This document shows positions 40,441 through 55,709 of a stretch of DNA of 64,000 nt, piece after piece (the stretch's first letter is position 1; each line of letters begins with the position of its first letter). Source of the DNA: the human T2T-CHM13v2.0 reference genome, Homo sapiens; the NCBI GenBank assembly GCA_009914755.4, contig CP068257.2, positions 29,216,001-29,280,000 of the forward strand. The letters run 5' to 3'. Position numbers and translations under genes: made by a program. Under the pieces are notes generated by a model that had not been told where the DNA came from, did no database searches, and saw only the letters and a list, made by a program, of their open reading frames with translations.

Positions 40441-43400
40441 TTTTTCTGACCTAGGAAGTCATTGAACATCAATTTTGCTATACCCTAGATAACAAGGCAT
40501 CCCAAAAGCCCATCCAGATACCAAGGGGAGGTAAAATGGACTCTACTTCTTGATGGGAAGTGGGAAAGTTCTGGAAGAGGACAAGAGGCTGAAAATATTG
40601 TTTTGGCCATGAAAATAAACTACTATCATTCTCCAAATTGCCAGCACACCAGGACTGGGAATCCCTGAGATGGGCTTAGGTGATGTTCATAAAAATTGAA
40701 ATTTTATGTCTCACATCATTGGAAATGTTCAGAGTAGAGAGACAGCTCTTTATCAAGGAACACTGTGATGCGGATTCTTACAGGAATTAGAGAGACCAAT
40801 GGATGCCTTCAACATCCTAAGGCCCATGTGCTTGATGCAGTGAATCAGGCTAATGACCAGCACCCTCGGTGCTTTCAAGGAGCTTCAGCCACTCCAGAGT
40901 CTTCATTTATTCTGGCTTGATTTCTTAATTAAACACTTGGCAGCTCCACAGCCTGTGGAGAACATGTGTATTCAGGGTTTTCCATATCAGATGAAGAGGT
41001 CAGGCACATGGAAGCTCTTGGGGACTCTACTGCAGACTATGGGAACTTCACCAGTCTTGACGGGTCAGCTTTTTGAAGATGACACAGTCTTATAGTCTTA
41101 TATCATAAATGAAATTGTTTTGCAGTTAGTGGTGGATTGAAGACCATGAAGATGGAATTAACAACGGAAAAATAAAATACCAGTAGCAATGCTGAGAACA
41201 CTGAATTGTTCCCAACTCAGCCTTCCATTTTCTGTATCCATTGTATATTCTAAGGTGGTTTCCTCAGGACGTCTCTGACTGATACTGAATTCCCATTATT
41301 TAGGGTGAAGATCAAACTGGATGCAAACATCTTTTGTGTTTTAAGACAATGTGTCTTTCCCTGCATGCTCCTGAGCCACAGGTAAAGAAGGTCACAGCCC
41401 AGGAAAAGGGTCAGTCATCTTAGACTGATCGTAAAGCATTGCTCAGTCCTTGCTTTTCTGATCACGGTTATCATCGATACTGAACTATGAAGTGAACCTG
41501 AAGCCAGCAGTTGCTTTAGCTAAAAGGCAAAAGAACTAAAGGTTGATAAAACGACCCTTCAGGAAACTAATCAACTGAGACTGATAACCAATCTCATCTT
41601 TCACATCACTTCTTAACTTCAGTATCCTTTTTTCCCTACTTATATCAACGCAGCCACCAACTCTTCTTTCCTTCCCAAGAAAGACATAGTATAAATTCCA
41701 CAGTAACTTTTGGTTCCTACAAAAATATCTAATGTAAAAAAATATTAAGCTCAAGAAAGAAAACTAAAAAATAACTAGGAAGAACTAAAAGGAATGACTA
41801 ATTTACAGTATGAAGAATTATATTATATATTATATAAGGGTAATGGTAATCCCCAGAATTTTGAGTAGTAATTCAGAAGACAAGCATGGTAATAAAAATT
41901 AATAAGAATCAATATAAAAAGAAAGCAATAAAGTGAATGAAATGTGGTGGGCATATTCGAAATAATCAACTTTTGAAGAGATGACTTCCAAATGGATTGT
42001 TTGCAAACCAGATTGTTTTCCACACCTCAACACCCACGCAGAAGCACAATTTTTGTTAGAGAACCTGTTGTCCAACTAATGAAAACACATAAAGGGTAAT
42101 GTTATCTTTGCCTACAGGTAGAGGGCTGCAGGGCATCCAATCGGCCCCACAAATGCTCTTACTCTTCACTAGGCAAATTTATCTTTTTCAGACACGACAG
42201 ACACGCCATTCAGATCATCCAATCCTTGAAATAGACTTTTCAATAGAATTCTGATATTAACTTGGTTTTTCAATTGTCCTTACCTACTAGAAATAAAACA
42301 CCCTCAGTACTTAGCATAAGTATGCCAATCCGATTTCAATGTGAGTTACAGTTGCACCCCGGCTTGTACATCGGTCTCTTTAAAATTTGGCTAGCTTCAC
42401 TTAGTCCTCCAGAACCTGCTAACCCTGGGTGAACTGACAAAATTAAAAGCCTCAGCAGCCAATTGAAGGAACAGACCCTGATCCTGTTGTCACTGCACAC
42501 CTCCAATTAAAATGTAGACACCAGCTTCAGTCTGGACAGCTGACTCATCTCTCTCAATGACCAAACCATTTTATCTGCTACAGATAAGAGGTACACATTT
42601 CACTAAAAGACCATTTTCTCATATTATCTAATGAAATCCTCCTTCTCCAAGTACTTTTAGCAAATAGAATTCTCTTTTAAGTTGAATGATTTCAGTATAA
42701 CAGAGGTTGAACTGACTAAATGACCTCTATGAAAAGTGGCTTCTGGTTTTCTGACATGCCCCTTGAATTTGATGCCTTAAGAAGAATGAGGAATGCATAA
42801 ATGAAGATAAACGGAGAGCCATCAGAAAAGCTGTTTTGTAATGAGCAATAGTTGTTCTGATAAATTTTAAAAATTGAGCCTTAGCTTACATGCATCTAAA
42901 ATTGCAGTGTATTTTTTTTCTGGCAACTCATCATGGCAAATAATTTGGTATATTGACCTTTGAATTTAGCATTTAAGTTTGCACATTATTGCATACCCAA
43001 ATAGTACATTGTGTCCATTGAAATTACTTCTTGCATATCCCACTGCACTTTCTACTATTGCATATTTTAAATATCTTCCTCTTTAGTTATATATATTACA
43101 TATTAGAAGCCATAAAACAGTATCCTAGCAGTAGTCCCACAAACCTTCATTTATATACAAACTTAAAAGCTAAGGCAAAATTTAAAATTTATCAGAACAA
43201 TTATTGCTTGTTACAAAACAGCTCTTCCAATGGCTCTTCATTTATCTTCCTCATTTATGAATTCCTTATCCTTCTTAAGGCGTCAAATTAAAGGAGTACG
43301 TCAAAAGTTCTACAAGTTCCTTCCCCAACTTTCCCATTGACTCATTGCATGACCTGAGGCTCCTCATTGAGACTCCATGGGTCTATTTCATGATCATCTG

Positions 43401-44270
43401 TAAAACAGGGATAATGGGATCTGCCTCACCAGGGAGCTGCAAGAACTGAGTTATGGTTTGCAAAAGGCTTTGTGATTCACACATAAAAGGCACTACAAGA
43501 AAGCAAACTGTCATTGAGCATTACAAACAGTTTTCATCCCAATTATTTTAAAGTCAGAAAAGATTAATATTCTAAGCTTCCAAAAGATATTAAAGCAGCA
43601 TGATGTTATATAGAATTTCCAAATCTAAGGCAGGCAATTGCTGATTCAAGTTGCTTTTTTTTTTCTAGGAACCAGAGACGTCATTCACAGATAAATGCAG
43701 GTAAAGGTAAAACTGAGGGAGATGTGAGGTACATACTTGGCTCTGAGATCTGGCAATAAGAGAGTTTCTCTGCTTTCAAGTTACCCATTGGAATCGAGCC
43801 CAAGAGAAATATAAATGAAATATCTTCCCAGTCTTCAGCCACTTACCCAAATCTGGTTTTGACCTAACTCTTCTTAAAGTTATAGCAATAATTTTCATGT
43901 ATTAGGGATAAGTTAAGAGTTAACCTTATTAGGTTTTTTCTTACTACAGGACACTAAAAAATTAAATTGTAAATTGTACAAAGTGATGGCGAGACATCTA
44001 TGCTGCACTTTAAATTTTCTACGAATAGCATAAGAGAAGGCTCCTAAGGCATTGAGTAGTCCCCACCTCCTTATTCTAAGGGATAGCTTCCAAGATCCCC
44101 AGTGGATGTCTGAAATCATGGATAGTGATCCTACATATACTGTTTTTTCCTGTATATACACACTTATGATAAAGTTTAATTTATAAATTAGGCATAGTAT
44201 GTGATTAACAACAACAATAATAAAATAGAACCATTATAACAATATACTGTAATAAAAGTTATATGAATGT

Positions 44271-44289
44271 CTCTCTCTCTCTCTCTCAA
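44271..44289. repeat. (CT)n microsatellite
   Basis: ctctctctctctctctctc. Confidence 0.85.
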
Positions 44290-45029
44290 AATATCTTGTA
44301 CTGTCCTGAGGGTAACTAAAACCACAGAAAGGGAAACCATGAAAAAGGGGAGGCAACTGTATTCATAGCTTGTAAAGTTATAATATTTGATATTAATAAT
44401 CACATTTAGCTGCATTGTACTTATTTTCACCTTTAAATTACAACCGCACAGGGAAGGAGTAAATTTTCTCCTATTATCATTTGTTGTATTTCTGTATTAA
44501 AAGCCTCTTGGGCACTCTTGGCACTGAAAATATCATAATAATAATTTAAAAGATTAACATTCACCCTCTTCCAATTAAGAGAGTGCCATAGCTGCAGTGA
44601 TACAAAGGTGAATGCCAATGTCTTGGCTATAATATAAATAATGGGACTAGAAATTAGCAATACATAAAGAATGAAAAGAAGAAAAGAATGGTTTTTTAAA
44701 AAAGTGATTACCACAATGATTAAAAAAAAAATTAAACCAAGGATGGCCAATAGACTTAGGGCAACCAAGGGACTTCTTCTGGAGAAATTCTTAAAATTTC
44801 AAGTTTCACAACAGCCTTGCCAGATTTCTATTACAGAAAACCCAATTATCCAGATAATTTGCATAATTTAAATGAGGCAAATGAAAAACATTGGCTGTAT
44901 AGGGTATCTCAGAGTTTACTGTGAAGATTACAGATGAAAAGTGTGCTCAACTGAGCTAAGAGTTGGGGTTCGACTCTGAAAGCAAGGCTTGGACATCAGA
45001 GGTGGGGCTTGGTCACCAGAACAAATTGA

Positions 45030-45440
45030 GGACTAGCTAAAACAGGTCCAGCATGGAAGCATCTCATTATAAGACACACCTACCAGCACATCATGTCAGT
45101 TTACCATTGTCATGGCAACGCCCAGATGTTACCACTCCTTTCTATGGCAACGACCCAACCAGTCAGCAGTTACCACCATTTTCCTAGAAATTTCTGCATA
45201 AACCACTCCTTATTTGCATGTAATTAAAAGTGGGTATAAATATGAGTGCACAGCTGCTTCTGAGCTGCTACCCTGGGCATGCTGCCTATAAGGTAGCCCT
45301 GCTCCACAAGGAGCAGTACCTGTGCTTTTGTACAGAGGTACTTGCCACTTCAGTAAAAGTTGCTGTTTAACATCACTGGCTCACCCTTGCTTTCCTGGGA
45401 GAAGCCAAGAACTCTCCTGAGCTAAGCCCCAGTTTGGGGG
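45030..45440 (+). other. Possible solo LTR-like segment (TATA-like, poly-A-signal-like and U5-like elements); family unassigned
   Basis: ...gtgggtataaatatgagtgcacagctgcttctgagctgctaccctgggc...cttcagtaaaagttgctgtttaacatcactggctcacccttgctttcctgggagaagccaagaactctcctgagc... resembles U3-R-U5 organisation; recognition is weak. Confidence 0.25.
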
Positions 45441-48251
45441 TTGTCTGTCCTGCCTCACCACCACTTAGCCATCTAGAACCTTGGGAAAAGCAATAAGACT
45501 GCTAATCCCCTTTTTGCTAACTATAAATGGAAACAATAATGGGGCCTACATAGACTTTGTGGGAGGCCTAATAAAGTAATGTCTGGGACATGTAGACATT
45601 CGATACATAATGGTTCTTCCACTCCCCTTTTTCTTTCATTTAAGACAGGGCTTTGTAGGGGCCCAATTTTTCCCAAATAAGAATTTCAATTTGTTTAAAG
45701 TTGTCATAGATTCCTAACCATATATAACTTCTTAGTGCATGCAATTAATAAAATATAGAATCCAAACAACCTGTAATAGTTAACAATTACAGCTTTATAC
45801 TTTTAGATCATGAATAGGGCTCAAGATTTTAACATGAATCCCCAAATTTTGTACTAGCTACAGTTAAAATGTATTTCATTTCTTCATAACCTTTATAGCT
45901 ATGGCCAAGATCAACTCACTACGCTATCATTCCTCACCATGGTGGCAGGGATAAAGGTGGTCTGCCTATGCTTTAGGACCCACAGTTCTGAAAGAGGATG
46001 CCTGAAGTGGTGGGTAATACTTCACGCAGGTGGAGGGGAGTGGGGAATGGGTGGGTTCCAAACTTGTCTAAAGTAATTCTAATGACAGTAGAGAGCAAAC
46101 AAATATCCTTAGGAAATACTGGTAGAACCCATTGGGAGGGAGCCTAAAGCAGCCCAGAGCAAGTGCAAAAAAAATTTTGAAGACTTATATTGTGTCTTAA
46201 TATCACGGTAGAACCATTATTATCCCAAAAGTCAGCAGCTGATTCTTCTTAATGAAAGAATCATTCCAAACTGCCTTATTTAGGAACTTTGGTCAGTTCT
46301 TCGGAATAGAGGATGAGGCTCTCAGAGCACTATTGTCAGCAGAAGCCAAGGCAACAAAGAGGCAGCTCGCTCGCTGAACCACTGGTACAATTGGAATTGC
46401 TGGGGAGAAAAGAGGAAAGTGTCAAGAAATAGGAGAGGGACAGAGAGCACAGATGGAGGAGGAGATAATGAGCCAATCTCATATTTTAAGGCTTAGAGAT
46501 CTCACGGAAATTATGTCAGCTATCTGCATGTCATAGAAGAGCATAACGCTGATCTATGCTCTTTATCTGTGCTTAACAAAACTTCCTCCAAAGGTAGTGT
46601 TGAAAAGGAATTTCAAGAACAGTAATATCTGTTTTCCACTGTGAAGTTGCCCAAGCTGTTGTTACGTGTTCCCTCCCCCACCTCCCCTTCATCAGTATGG
46701 ATGATTCATACTAGTGAGGTTTGTATGTGTGTGTTGGAAAGGGCCTAATTTTCACATTTGGTCAACTCAAATGTTGACAAAAGGAGCATGCATCAGATAG
46801 ATATCCAAAACAATTCCTGGAAATAGGAATTCAACCCTATGTTAGGGTGTAGGCTGAGAATACTAAGTGCCCTATGAATACATTAGAGTCTTCAAATGCC
46901 TTCGGACTTCCACAAAGTTGCAATGAACTAATCATAGCTAGATACCGAGCCAGTGTTTTAATTTGTAGTACTTTGATGATGAGAGAAGCTGTTATTTATT
47001 TATTGTTATATCGTGTTATTTATTTGTTACTTTTTTAGTGAATTGTCCACTTATGGCTATGCCCAATTTTCTGTTCAGGCACTTATTTTTCTTACTCATT
47101 TGTAACAAACCTTTACATATTAAACATACAAGCTCTTTGACAGGGATTACAATATTTTTTTCTTCTACTACTCTTGCCTTTTAATTCGGATCACTGTATT
47201 GTTGACATACAGTTATAAACTATAGATTTTTTAAATAATTTCTTCCTATGTTACTTAGGCTTAAACAGACCTTCACCATACCAAAAGGTTCATCTACTTC
47301 TTCTACTCGTTTGGTAAGAAATTTTTTTTTGACATGTAACTATAACTTTTCTGGAATTTAACTTGCTATAACTTTATTTAGAATGTTGAGATGAAATTTA
47401 TAAATGAGATTGGTGTTATGGATTTTTTTTCTACTTTCATGACCAGATTGGGGTAATAATAGTTTGTAAAATAATACCAGCTATCTATATGTCATAAAAG
47501 AGTGTATACAGTATAACACTGATCTATATTCTTTACCTGTGCTTAACAAAGTAACAGAGCTTACTAGTTCAGTGTTCTGGGCCCAAAGCATTTTCAGAAA
47601 GTAATTTTTGAAAAATATTTTAATGTCTAGTTTGATATTTTGTTCAGATGCTCCGATTTTTTATTTTTTCCTTCTCATTGAATCATTTTTATATTCATAT
47701 TCCCTCCTATTCATTCATTCTTGAGATTTTAAATTTTAGAAAAGGGTTTAAGTATTTGCTCGTAATTTTTAATCTCAATAGCTGTCATTTCATTCCCTTT
47801 TTATGCAGATATTTTATTTTTAGTTTTTCTAATTTCATTAATTTCTGCCGTCTGTGTTATTTTCCCTTTCTCTTTTGTAAACTATATCATGTTATTTACC
47901 AAATTTTTATTTATATACTAAATATATTTCTGTTATAGAAAATATAGCTTTAAATCTATTATGTCATCTGAATTTATTATATTATTTAGATATATCTTAG
48001 CATTATTTCCTATTTCTTCTGTTATATACTGAAAAAAGGACGTGTATTTTTTTAGTTTCTTGACTTGTTCTTGAATTTGTGTTTTTTATACAATTTGATC
48101 TTTTTTTAGTTTGGATTACAGAATGTTATTACACTCGTCTTTTTTTAATCACAAACCATTTTTGTTCTGTTTCATACTTTTACCTTGAAGCCTAATTGTT
48201 TAATATTATTACTGTAACTCCAGATGTTTTGTTTGATTTTCTTAATGTAGT

Positions 48252-48595
<344 letters not shown>

Positions 48596-48684
48596 TGAGT
48601 ACTCATAATAAATAGCTCACATTCAGATATCGTTTCTGATCCAGTCCTAATATTTAGGTTTTAATAAGAAGTAATGTGCTCAGG

Positions 48685-49096
<412 letters not shown>

Positions 49097-52000
49097 TTAT
49101 TTTTTTCAATCATACATCTTTATTCAATTCTATATGTCATCACCTTGTAAAATATTTTAAGACATACTTCTCATAAAAGCCAAGAATTGCAAATATTCCA
49201 AAAGTTCACCAACATTAGAAGGGATAAATAAATTATATGAATAGATAATGAAATCCTATAAAGTAATAAAATTAAATAAACTAGGCTAGATCAACAACAT
49301 GAATGACCCAAACTGTTGAACAAAAAAAAGCAACATACAAAATAATACATACATACAGAATTTTATTCTGCTTACATAATGTTCGAAAGCAGGCAAAAGT
49401 AAACCATATTGTTCAGGTGGCAAAATGATTTTATTTCAAGATCAAAAAAGTTAGGATGATATTCATGGCTAAGGGGAAGGAATGAATTTAGAATCAGAGA
49501 GGAACAAAGCAGGCTGCTGGGGTAGGCTGGTGTCAGACTCCTTCTGCCCCTGAGCGGTGGTTACACTGGTGTTAGCTTGATGATTAAAGCACCAAATCCT
49601 ACGCATTCATCGTGTGCAAGATTCTATATGGAACACTGCATCTCACAATGAAATAATCTCACACATCTTTGTAATTTAAAGAGGTTAATGTCAGAAAATA
49701 TACCATCAATTTCTTCTCCTCCATGTAACCTGAAGGCATTCATAATTTTACATCATGCCTCCAATTCCTCACTTGTTATTTTGTTAGTAAAACCCAATTT
49801 CTATTTTTTAAATTTGTATCACTTTTCAGTAACTATTTATGGCCTACTTAGCTGACTTTACAACTACAATCATAAGACTCATTTAATTATTTTTTTCACT
49901 ATTGACCATTAGTCATTTTGAGGTTTTCTTTTTAATTTCCAGTAGCTTAAGAAGAGAACGTTATTAGCAGTCTACTTTTTTAGCCAATTATTATCTGAAA
50001 ATGTACTTCAGTTGCATTCCATGTGAATAAAAACCCAATTAACTATTAAACAAAAAAATTTTAAAGCCAAACATATTTGTTCTCAAAATCCTGAAAGTCG
50101 TGCTTCATTTCTTCTTGCAGTTAATGTTCGGAAGACAATTCTGAAACAACACGTTCCTTCTGTTACATCTCCAGGATTCATGAACCATATTATCTTCTCT
50201 CTCATCAATTTCATTCTTTATCCCCTTCATCTGAATTCTGGAAAGCTTCTCAAAGTTGTTTTCCACATTATGATTCATTACATCATAGAAAAACTTTTCC
50301 ATTTTAAGCCTCCTCATACAGATTTTAGTCTTTCTCATGCAAATTTTAAATCAGCGATTACATTTTAGTTTCCTTTATCTTTTCCTGCCTCATCCAACTC
50401 ACTGAATTTTCGCTTGCTTGCTCTCTCTGTCTCCCTCAGCTGGATCCCTTTTTAATCTGTTTCCTGTTTTTCTTTTCCCCATGCTTCTGCTTCATATTTT
50501 CTAGAGTTTTATTGAAAGCACGAAGAGATCATTTTACATTTGTTCTCTTTCTTGTGGAAAATATTTTAGAAATACAACATCTGCATCTTCTTCCTTTTAA
50601 GCTTGAGAACATTTTCTTCAGTATCGTATTGAGGCCTTCTGGTGTGATCCATCCATATTTAATGAGGATGGCTCAGACTCTTTGGACCCCTCTCATCCAC
50701 CGTGTATTTTTCCTTAAAATTTCCTTTTCAGACCTTTGGCAGAAAGCTTAGTTGCTCTAAATTACATGGGTACGCGGCTGTTTCAGAGACTGAGGAAATG
50801 GAGAAGCAACTCTATCTGGTGATCCACTCTGCTGAGGATCAGCTGTCAGCCTTTTTCTCTCTGTGGCTTGTCGTACTGCCCAGGTTCGTGGCAAATCTTA
50901 AGCAATCTGCTTCGCCAGGCTACTGCTTAGCACATCAAATGGAAAAAATCAAAGGTGTCTACAAGACATCTTGCCTCCCTGGCAGCTTTTTGCTTAATGT
51001 GAATCCTATATGAACTCTCATATCTCCTAATGCAAGCACTTTCATATACTCTTGATCCACATCCATGAACAAGGAGTTGAGTGAACCCAAGTCACCTTCT
51101 CCAGGGTACACACAGCTGTCAGACTCATCCCTCCTAATTCATCACCAGTGGGACTTTCTAAAAGTCTCAGCCCCATATCCTTTGTTTTGGAAAAATCTAC
51201 ATTAAGTATAAAGAAACTAACTAATATCCCCAGCTTTTTAACTGTACTTTCCCATAATTTCCAGTGATCATGTTTGCTTCTTGATATTTATATATTTCTT
51301 CAGTTGTTTCTATGAGGACCCAAGGTAGAAGTGTTATGTTATACAAATTATCACAGTCTTTGTTGTCTGGAAGTCATAATATAAATATTTTTAAACCAAG
51401 AAATGAGCTAGAAATTCCAGAATTTTCCAAGTGGGTCAGTCCTGACGGAAAAAAATGAAAAAAGTAGTGAGAGAAAGGAAAGAGAGAAGCTTGAAGTATT
51501 TCACTCTTGGCAAGCCTCAAATAATACACCTGTCATTTTGGTGAGCCATCTTATTCAGGCTGCTTTTAACTCAATTTTCAGGTGAGTCACCTCAAAACTT
51601 CAAACTGCAAAATGGTCAGCTTGCATCAGGGAGCAACGAAGCTCTCCCAAATCTTGTAAAATAAGATGATTTGTGAGCAGAATTACCCAAATACTATTTC
51701 TTGAGGTTATTTTAAGCTTTTGCTTTTCTTGCCTCCCTGATAACTTCAACTCAGATAACTACATGGAGCTTTACAGTGCTAATCTAGGAAAAAAATAATA
51801 TTAAGATTGGTATTATTATAAATGAGAATCCAGTTATAGAAATAGATTAGCACAGTTTCATATTACACTGTAAAAACATCAAAATGAAATTAAACATCTT
51901 TCCTAAAGTCAGAAATCTTAAAATATATATAGTCTGAGTTTCCCCATGATCTGCTGAACAAGTTGAAATAATTATTTAATAACTAGAAAAATATGATGGA

Positions 52001-52884
52001 CACATTTCACATGTTTCCTGGGGGTGAGAAATATTTCCTGGTGTTTTTTTATTCCCATTAAGTGACAAGTTGACGAAGAATAGAGCATGTGAGACACAAA
52101 GAAAGAATAATGTCTACATGCCCCAGAATGAGAAGTTTGTCTATAGCAAAAGAGAGACCACTGCTGCCACCAAGCTACAGCCTGACCCTAGGCCCACTGT
52201 CCCCCGAATTCAGGATTCAGCTGCAGAAAAAAACGAACAACTGTTAAAGAAAAAAAACTCTTCAAAGGCACTTGTTAAAGCAGAATAGGAAGTCTTTATT
52301 CAGGATCATCACATTGGGCATAGCGGTCACTGCGGTGGGATTTTGCACCGGAAGAGAGAGATTGGACTCAGCTTTGAATACAGCATGGGCAAGTGGGGAT
52401 TTACAGCCAAGGAGCAGTGTGGGGGTCGGTGGATGGAAAATTATTAAGAGGAACCATCAGAGATAAGAGGAATTCTGGCTAAACTGACCTACAAGGATTC
52501 TTGCTGAAGAGGGACAAGGGTGATCAGACATCATCTGGGGGATGGTAGAGAAAGAGAAGCCTAATTAGGTATCAAAGGTGGAGGGTTTTTGCTAAGCTGA
52601 CTTAGCAGAGTTCTTGGCTAAAACTGGATTTTACAAGGAAATGCAAGGACAAGCTTAGGAGAAGCTTCAGGAGCCTGAGTAAAGTTTGGTCAAAGATATT
52701 TGTTATAACATAAACTCCTCTGTCTCATATTCCTGTACTTCCAAGCAATTCAACTATCTTGAAGGTCCTCCTGACCAGCTCTGACAATCTGATCAGCAAA
52801 ATGTATGAATTTGTAAAGTGCTACATCGGCAATTTAGCCATAAAACTAGATGTTGATGAAATCATGTTGTACCCGTTATCTACC

Positions 52885-53475
52885 ATAATGCTACATAACA
52901 AAGCACCCCAAAACCAGTGGTGTAAAAAAATATAAGCATTTAATTTACCCAGAGGTCTGTGGGTTGTTGGTCTAGGCTGAGTTCGATTGAGCAGTACTTC
53001 TGGCCTCAGCTGGCTCAGTCTCAAGTCCGGGGGTAGCTGGTTGTTAGCTGATCTAGGACGGCCTCAGCTGGGGTGTCTGGGACAACTCAGCTCTGCTCCA
53101 TGTGCCTCATCTTACAGCAAGCAAGCCAGGCATGTTCTCATGGAAATCACAAAGCTGCAAGAGACTCATCAAAAGCATGCAATGCTTGTTCCGCCTTCTT
53201 CTTGGGTTACATTTTCTAACATGCCATTGTACAATGCAAGTCATGTGCTCAATCTAAAGTCAAGGGATGAGATGGAATACCCAGCCCAAAGGGCACTGAA
53301 GAATTACAAGGCAAAGGGAGTGGTGCAGGGAGGGGTGTAGAATGGGAGCTGCTATGCAATCAATCTACTGCACACCTTTAATGCCACTTTGTCTCCCATT
53401 TGAGCCATGGCAATGCTGACTACGCTGGTTACTTAATAACAAACCTAATCCCTGGGTTAGGACGTCAAAATCTTA
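52885..53475 (+). mobile_element. MaLR-type LTR (MLT-like), plus orientation, approximate extent
   Basis: ctaccataatgctacataacaaagcaccccaaaaccagtggtgtaaaaaaatataagcatttaatttacccagaggtctgtgggttgttggtctaggctgagttcg...cctcagctggctcagtctcaagtccggggg...aatccctgggttaggacgtcaaaatcttaaac follows the tgctgtaacaaa...cttagtggcttaaaacaa...gttctggaggtc...gggggttaggac architecture of this LTR family. Confidence 0.5.
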
Positions 53476-55626
53476 AACTACCCACCCAAATGAAGATATC
53501 TAGTCAACTAGCTCCAAAACAGTGGCAATTAAGCCACTGAATAATTATGATTAGCAATAGATAAAATTTAATTACTAATAGATAAACAAAATTAGTTCAT
53601 ATCCCAGTAACACATGCAACCGTGGTAAATCCACCTTTGTTCTCATCTGATGGAATTCAAGATTATTTTCTAACAAAGCAGCAAGTTCTGGAGAAAGGTT
53701 GGAGTAAAATCTTTATTGGGCATTAAGGCAGGCAAGTTAAGGGTAAGTAACAAAATGAGGTTCCCTGAAAATAAAATCAACCCTTTGAAAGTGCAGGGTC
53801 ATGAGTATTCCAAACAATAATATACAAAAATAAATTGAAAATCACAGATATATTTCCTCAAAATCATCATTAGAAATGTATCACCCACACATTTAAAATA
53901 TCTGTATTAAAGATTTTCATGGTTAGATCTGCACTGGGTGCTTTAAAAGCAAATTCTGTCTCTAGTTTGAAGCAGATTGACTGGCTATGCTTTCTTAGTT
54001 GTTGCATGGATTTGTTTGAGATCAAACTTTTTCTCCAAACAGCTGAATATGATTCAAATATCTCTGGTTCAATAAATTTTTGAGTTAAAATTTGGAGTAT
54101 ATTTCGCACTTCAACATGCTGAGATAGGAAACCCAAATTGCTTGTAATGGTATAAATGTTTCCATAGTAGGAAATGATGGAATAAATTAAGTTCTTAACA
54201 TTCATGCTTTTGTAATAAATTCAGTAATAACCTTTTCGATCATTGGCACAGTCTATGTTTTGTAAACTTAATCTAATCAGCTGATTTGGATATTTCATCA
54301 GAAGAAATTTTGGTTGATAGGTTCATAACTTTTACAGCTTGTTCAATGAAAACTGATTGGATTTTGCATATCTCGTAGTTTTTCCTGACTCTGATCAAAG
54401 TCATGTTAATGATAGTCCTTCCAACCCAAAGGACTTTGAATAAAACAATTCTCTACCAAGGCAGCAGAATCACACCCCATTCCAACTCAATTCTTTTTTG
54501 GCTGGTTATCTGTGAAGTTTCTTTCCTCTTTCGTGATCCACTTTGTTTCTATCTCTAGGATAAGAAAGAATTTCTCTAAAAAACTGCTGCACTAACGATT
54601 TTAACTCTTTTTTTTTTTGAGACTAAAATATGAAGCAGATCACACGGTACAGTGTGGTAAGAGTCCTAACAGCAGTAGGCACCTTTTATCCAATTTCCCT
54701 TATAATCAGCACGTGGGTTGTTTCAGACAGCTGGTTGGGCTGAGGCACTTTCAGAGACCATAGAATACAGCAAAGTCTCCTTATCCACAGATAATTCTAT
54801 GCCATGCCAACATAAAGCCTTCTCAGCAATCCTAAAAGGGAAAATGGAAAGATTCTACAAATATCTTTCATTTGTAGAGCTGAGCGACATCCCCAGACTT
54901 GCCTCAATTTTCAGTCCTAGTTGTCATATGGAATGAACAAAATTATGAAAGAAGCTCTTAATAAGAGAAAGGTTTATTTCTTCCTAAATCTAATATTAGT
55001 GCAGTTTGAATAGGCATTCAAAGAAAAGATAATGAAACTTCATTGATGGAATTTTATGAAAGGTGTCAGGAAATAAAAAAGCAAATTTATGTCTTCTCAC
55101 TCTTGAATAAAGAAGATTTTACTAATAGCTAAAATACACCACAATAATACAATAGCAAATTTTTTTCTATCCTCTGCTCCCATTGCTGAACACCCCTCAA
55201 AGTGATCTGAAACTGTTATTTTACATTCTGCCCAGCCTTTCCCTACCTTAACTTTCTCCAGCCTCAGTAACATTGCTGAAATTATTCTCCTGAAGGTCAC
55301 CAATGACTGCTTTACATTTTACCTTATTTTATTGTAAATGGTAATGAAACCGCCTTTGCAAAAGTTATAACTGAGGAAATTACGACAGTGAAAGAGATCA
55401 GACTTAACCGACTCCATCTTGCTTCTAACCTTTAAACTAACTTTGGGAAGGAATTCAGTTCATGGGTTGACTCTGAAACAAAATTGATAACAGCCCTTTC
55501 CCAAAATATCGCCCTTCTTGCCTGGGGACCAGTCTGCATTTGCAGAAATAACAAATGAGCTGCAAGATTAGAAATTATGGTTTAGGGGTCATGCAGCCTC
55601 TGGTTCCAAGAGTCTGAACCTCCCCA

Positions 55627-55707
55627 AATTGCTCAAAATGTAAAATCAGTGCAAATTGCTCAAAATGTAAAATCAGTGCAAATTGCTCAAAATGTAAAAT
55701 CAGTGCC
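55627..55707. repeat. 27-bp minisatellite, 3 tandem copies
   Basis: aattgctcaaaatgtaaaatcagtgca repeated three times at 55627-55653, 55654-55680 and 55681-55707; the last copy ends in c. Confidence 0.95.
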
Positions 55708-55709
55708 TC

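Noticed and set aside
50100-51013. Several 60-100-aa ORFs on both strands (e.g. MRKTKICMRRLKMEKFFYDVMNHNVENNFEKL..., MYFSLKFPFQTFGRKL...)
   Set aside because: I cannot match them to any protein family from memory. The region is T-rich and low-complexity and looks like decayed interspersed repeat (possibly an old DNA-transposon or LINE remnant). Without a homology search there is no support for calling a gene.
55627-55707. Short direct-repeat array considered as CRISPR-like
   Set aside because: Three contiguous 27-bp units with no intervening unique spacers, in a primate genomic context. It is a minisatellite, not a CRISPR array.
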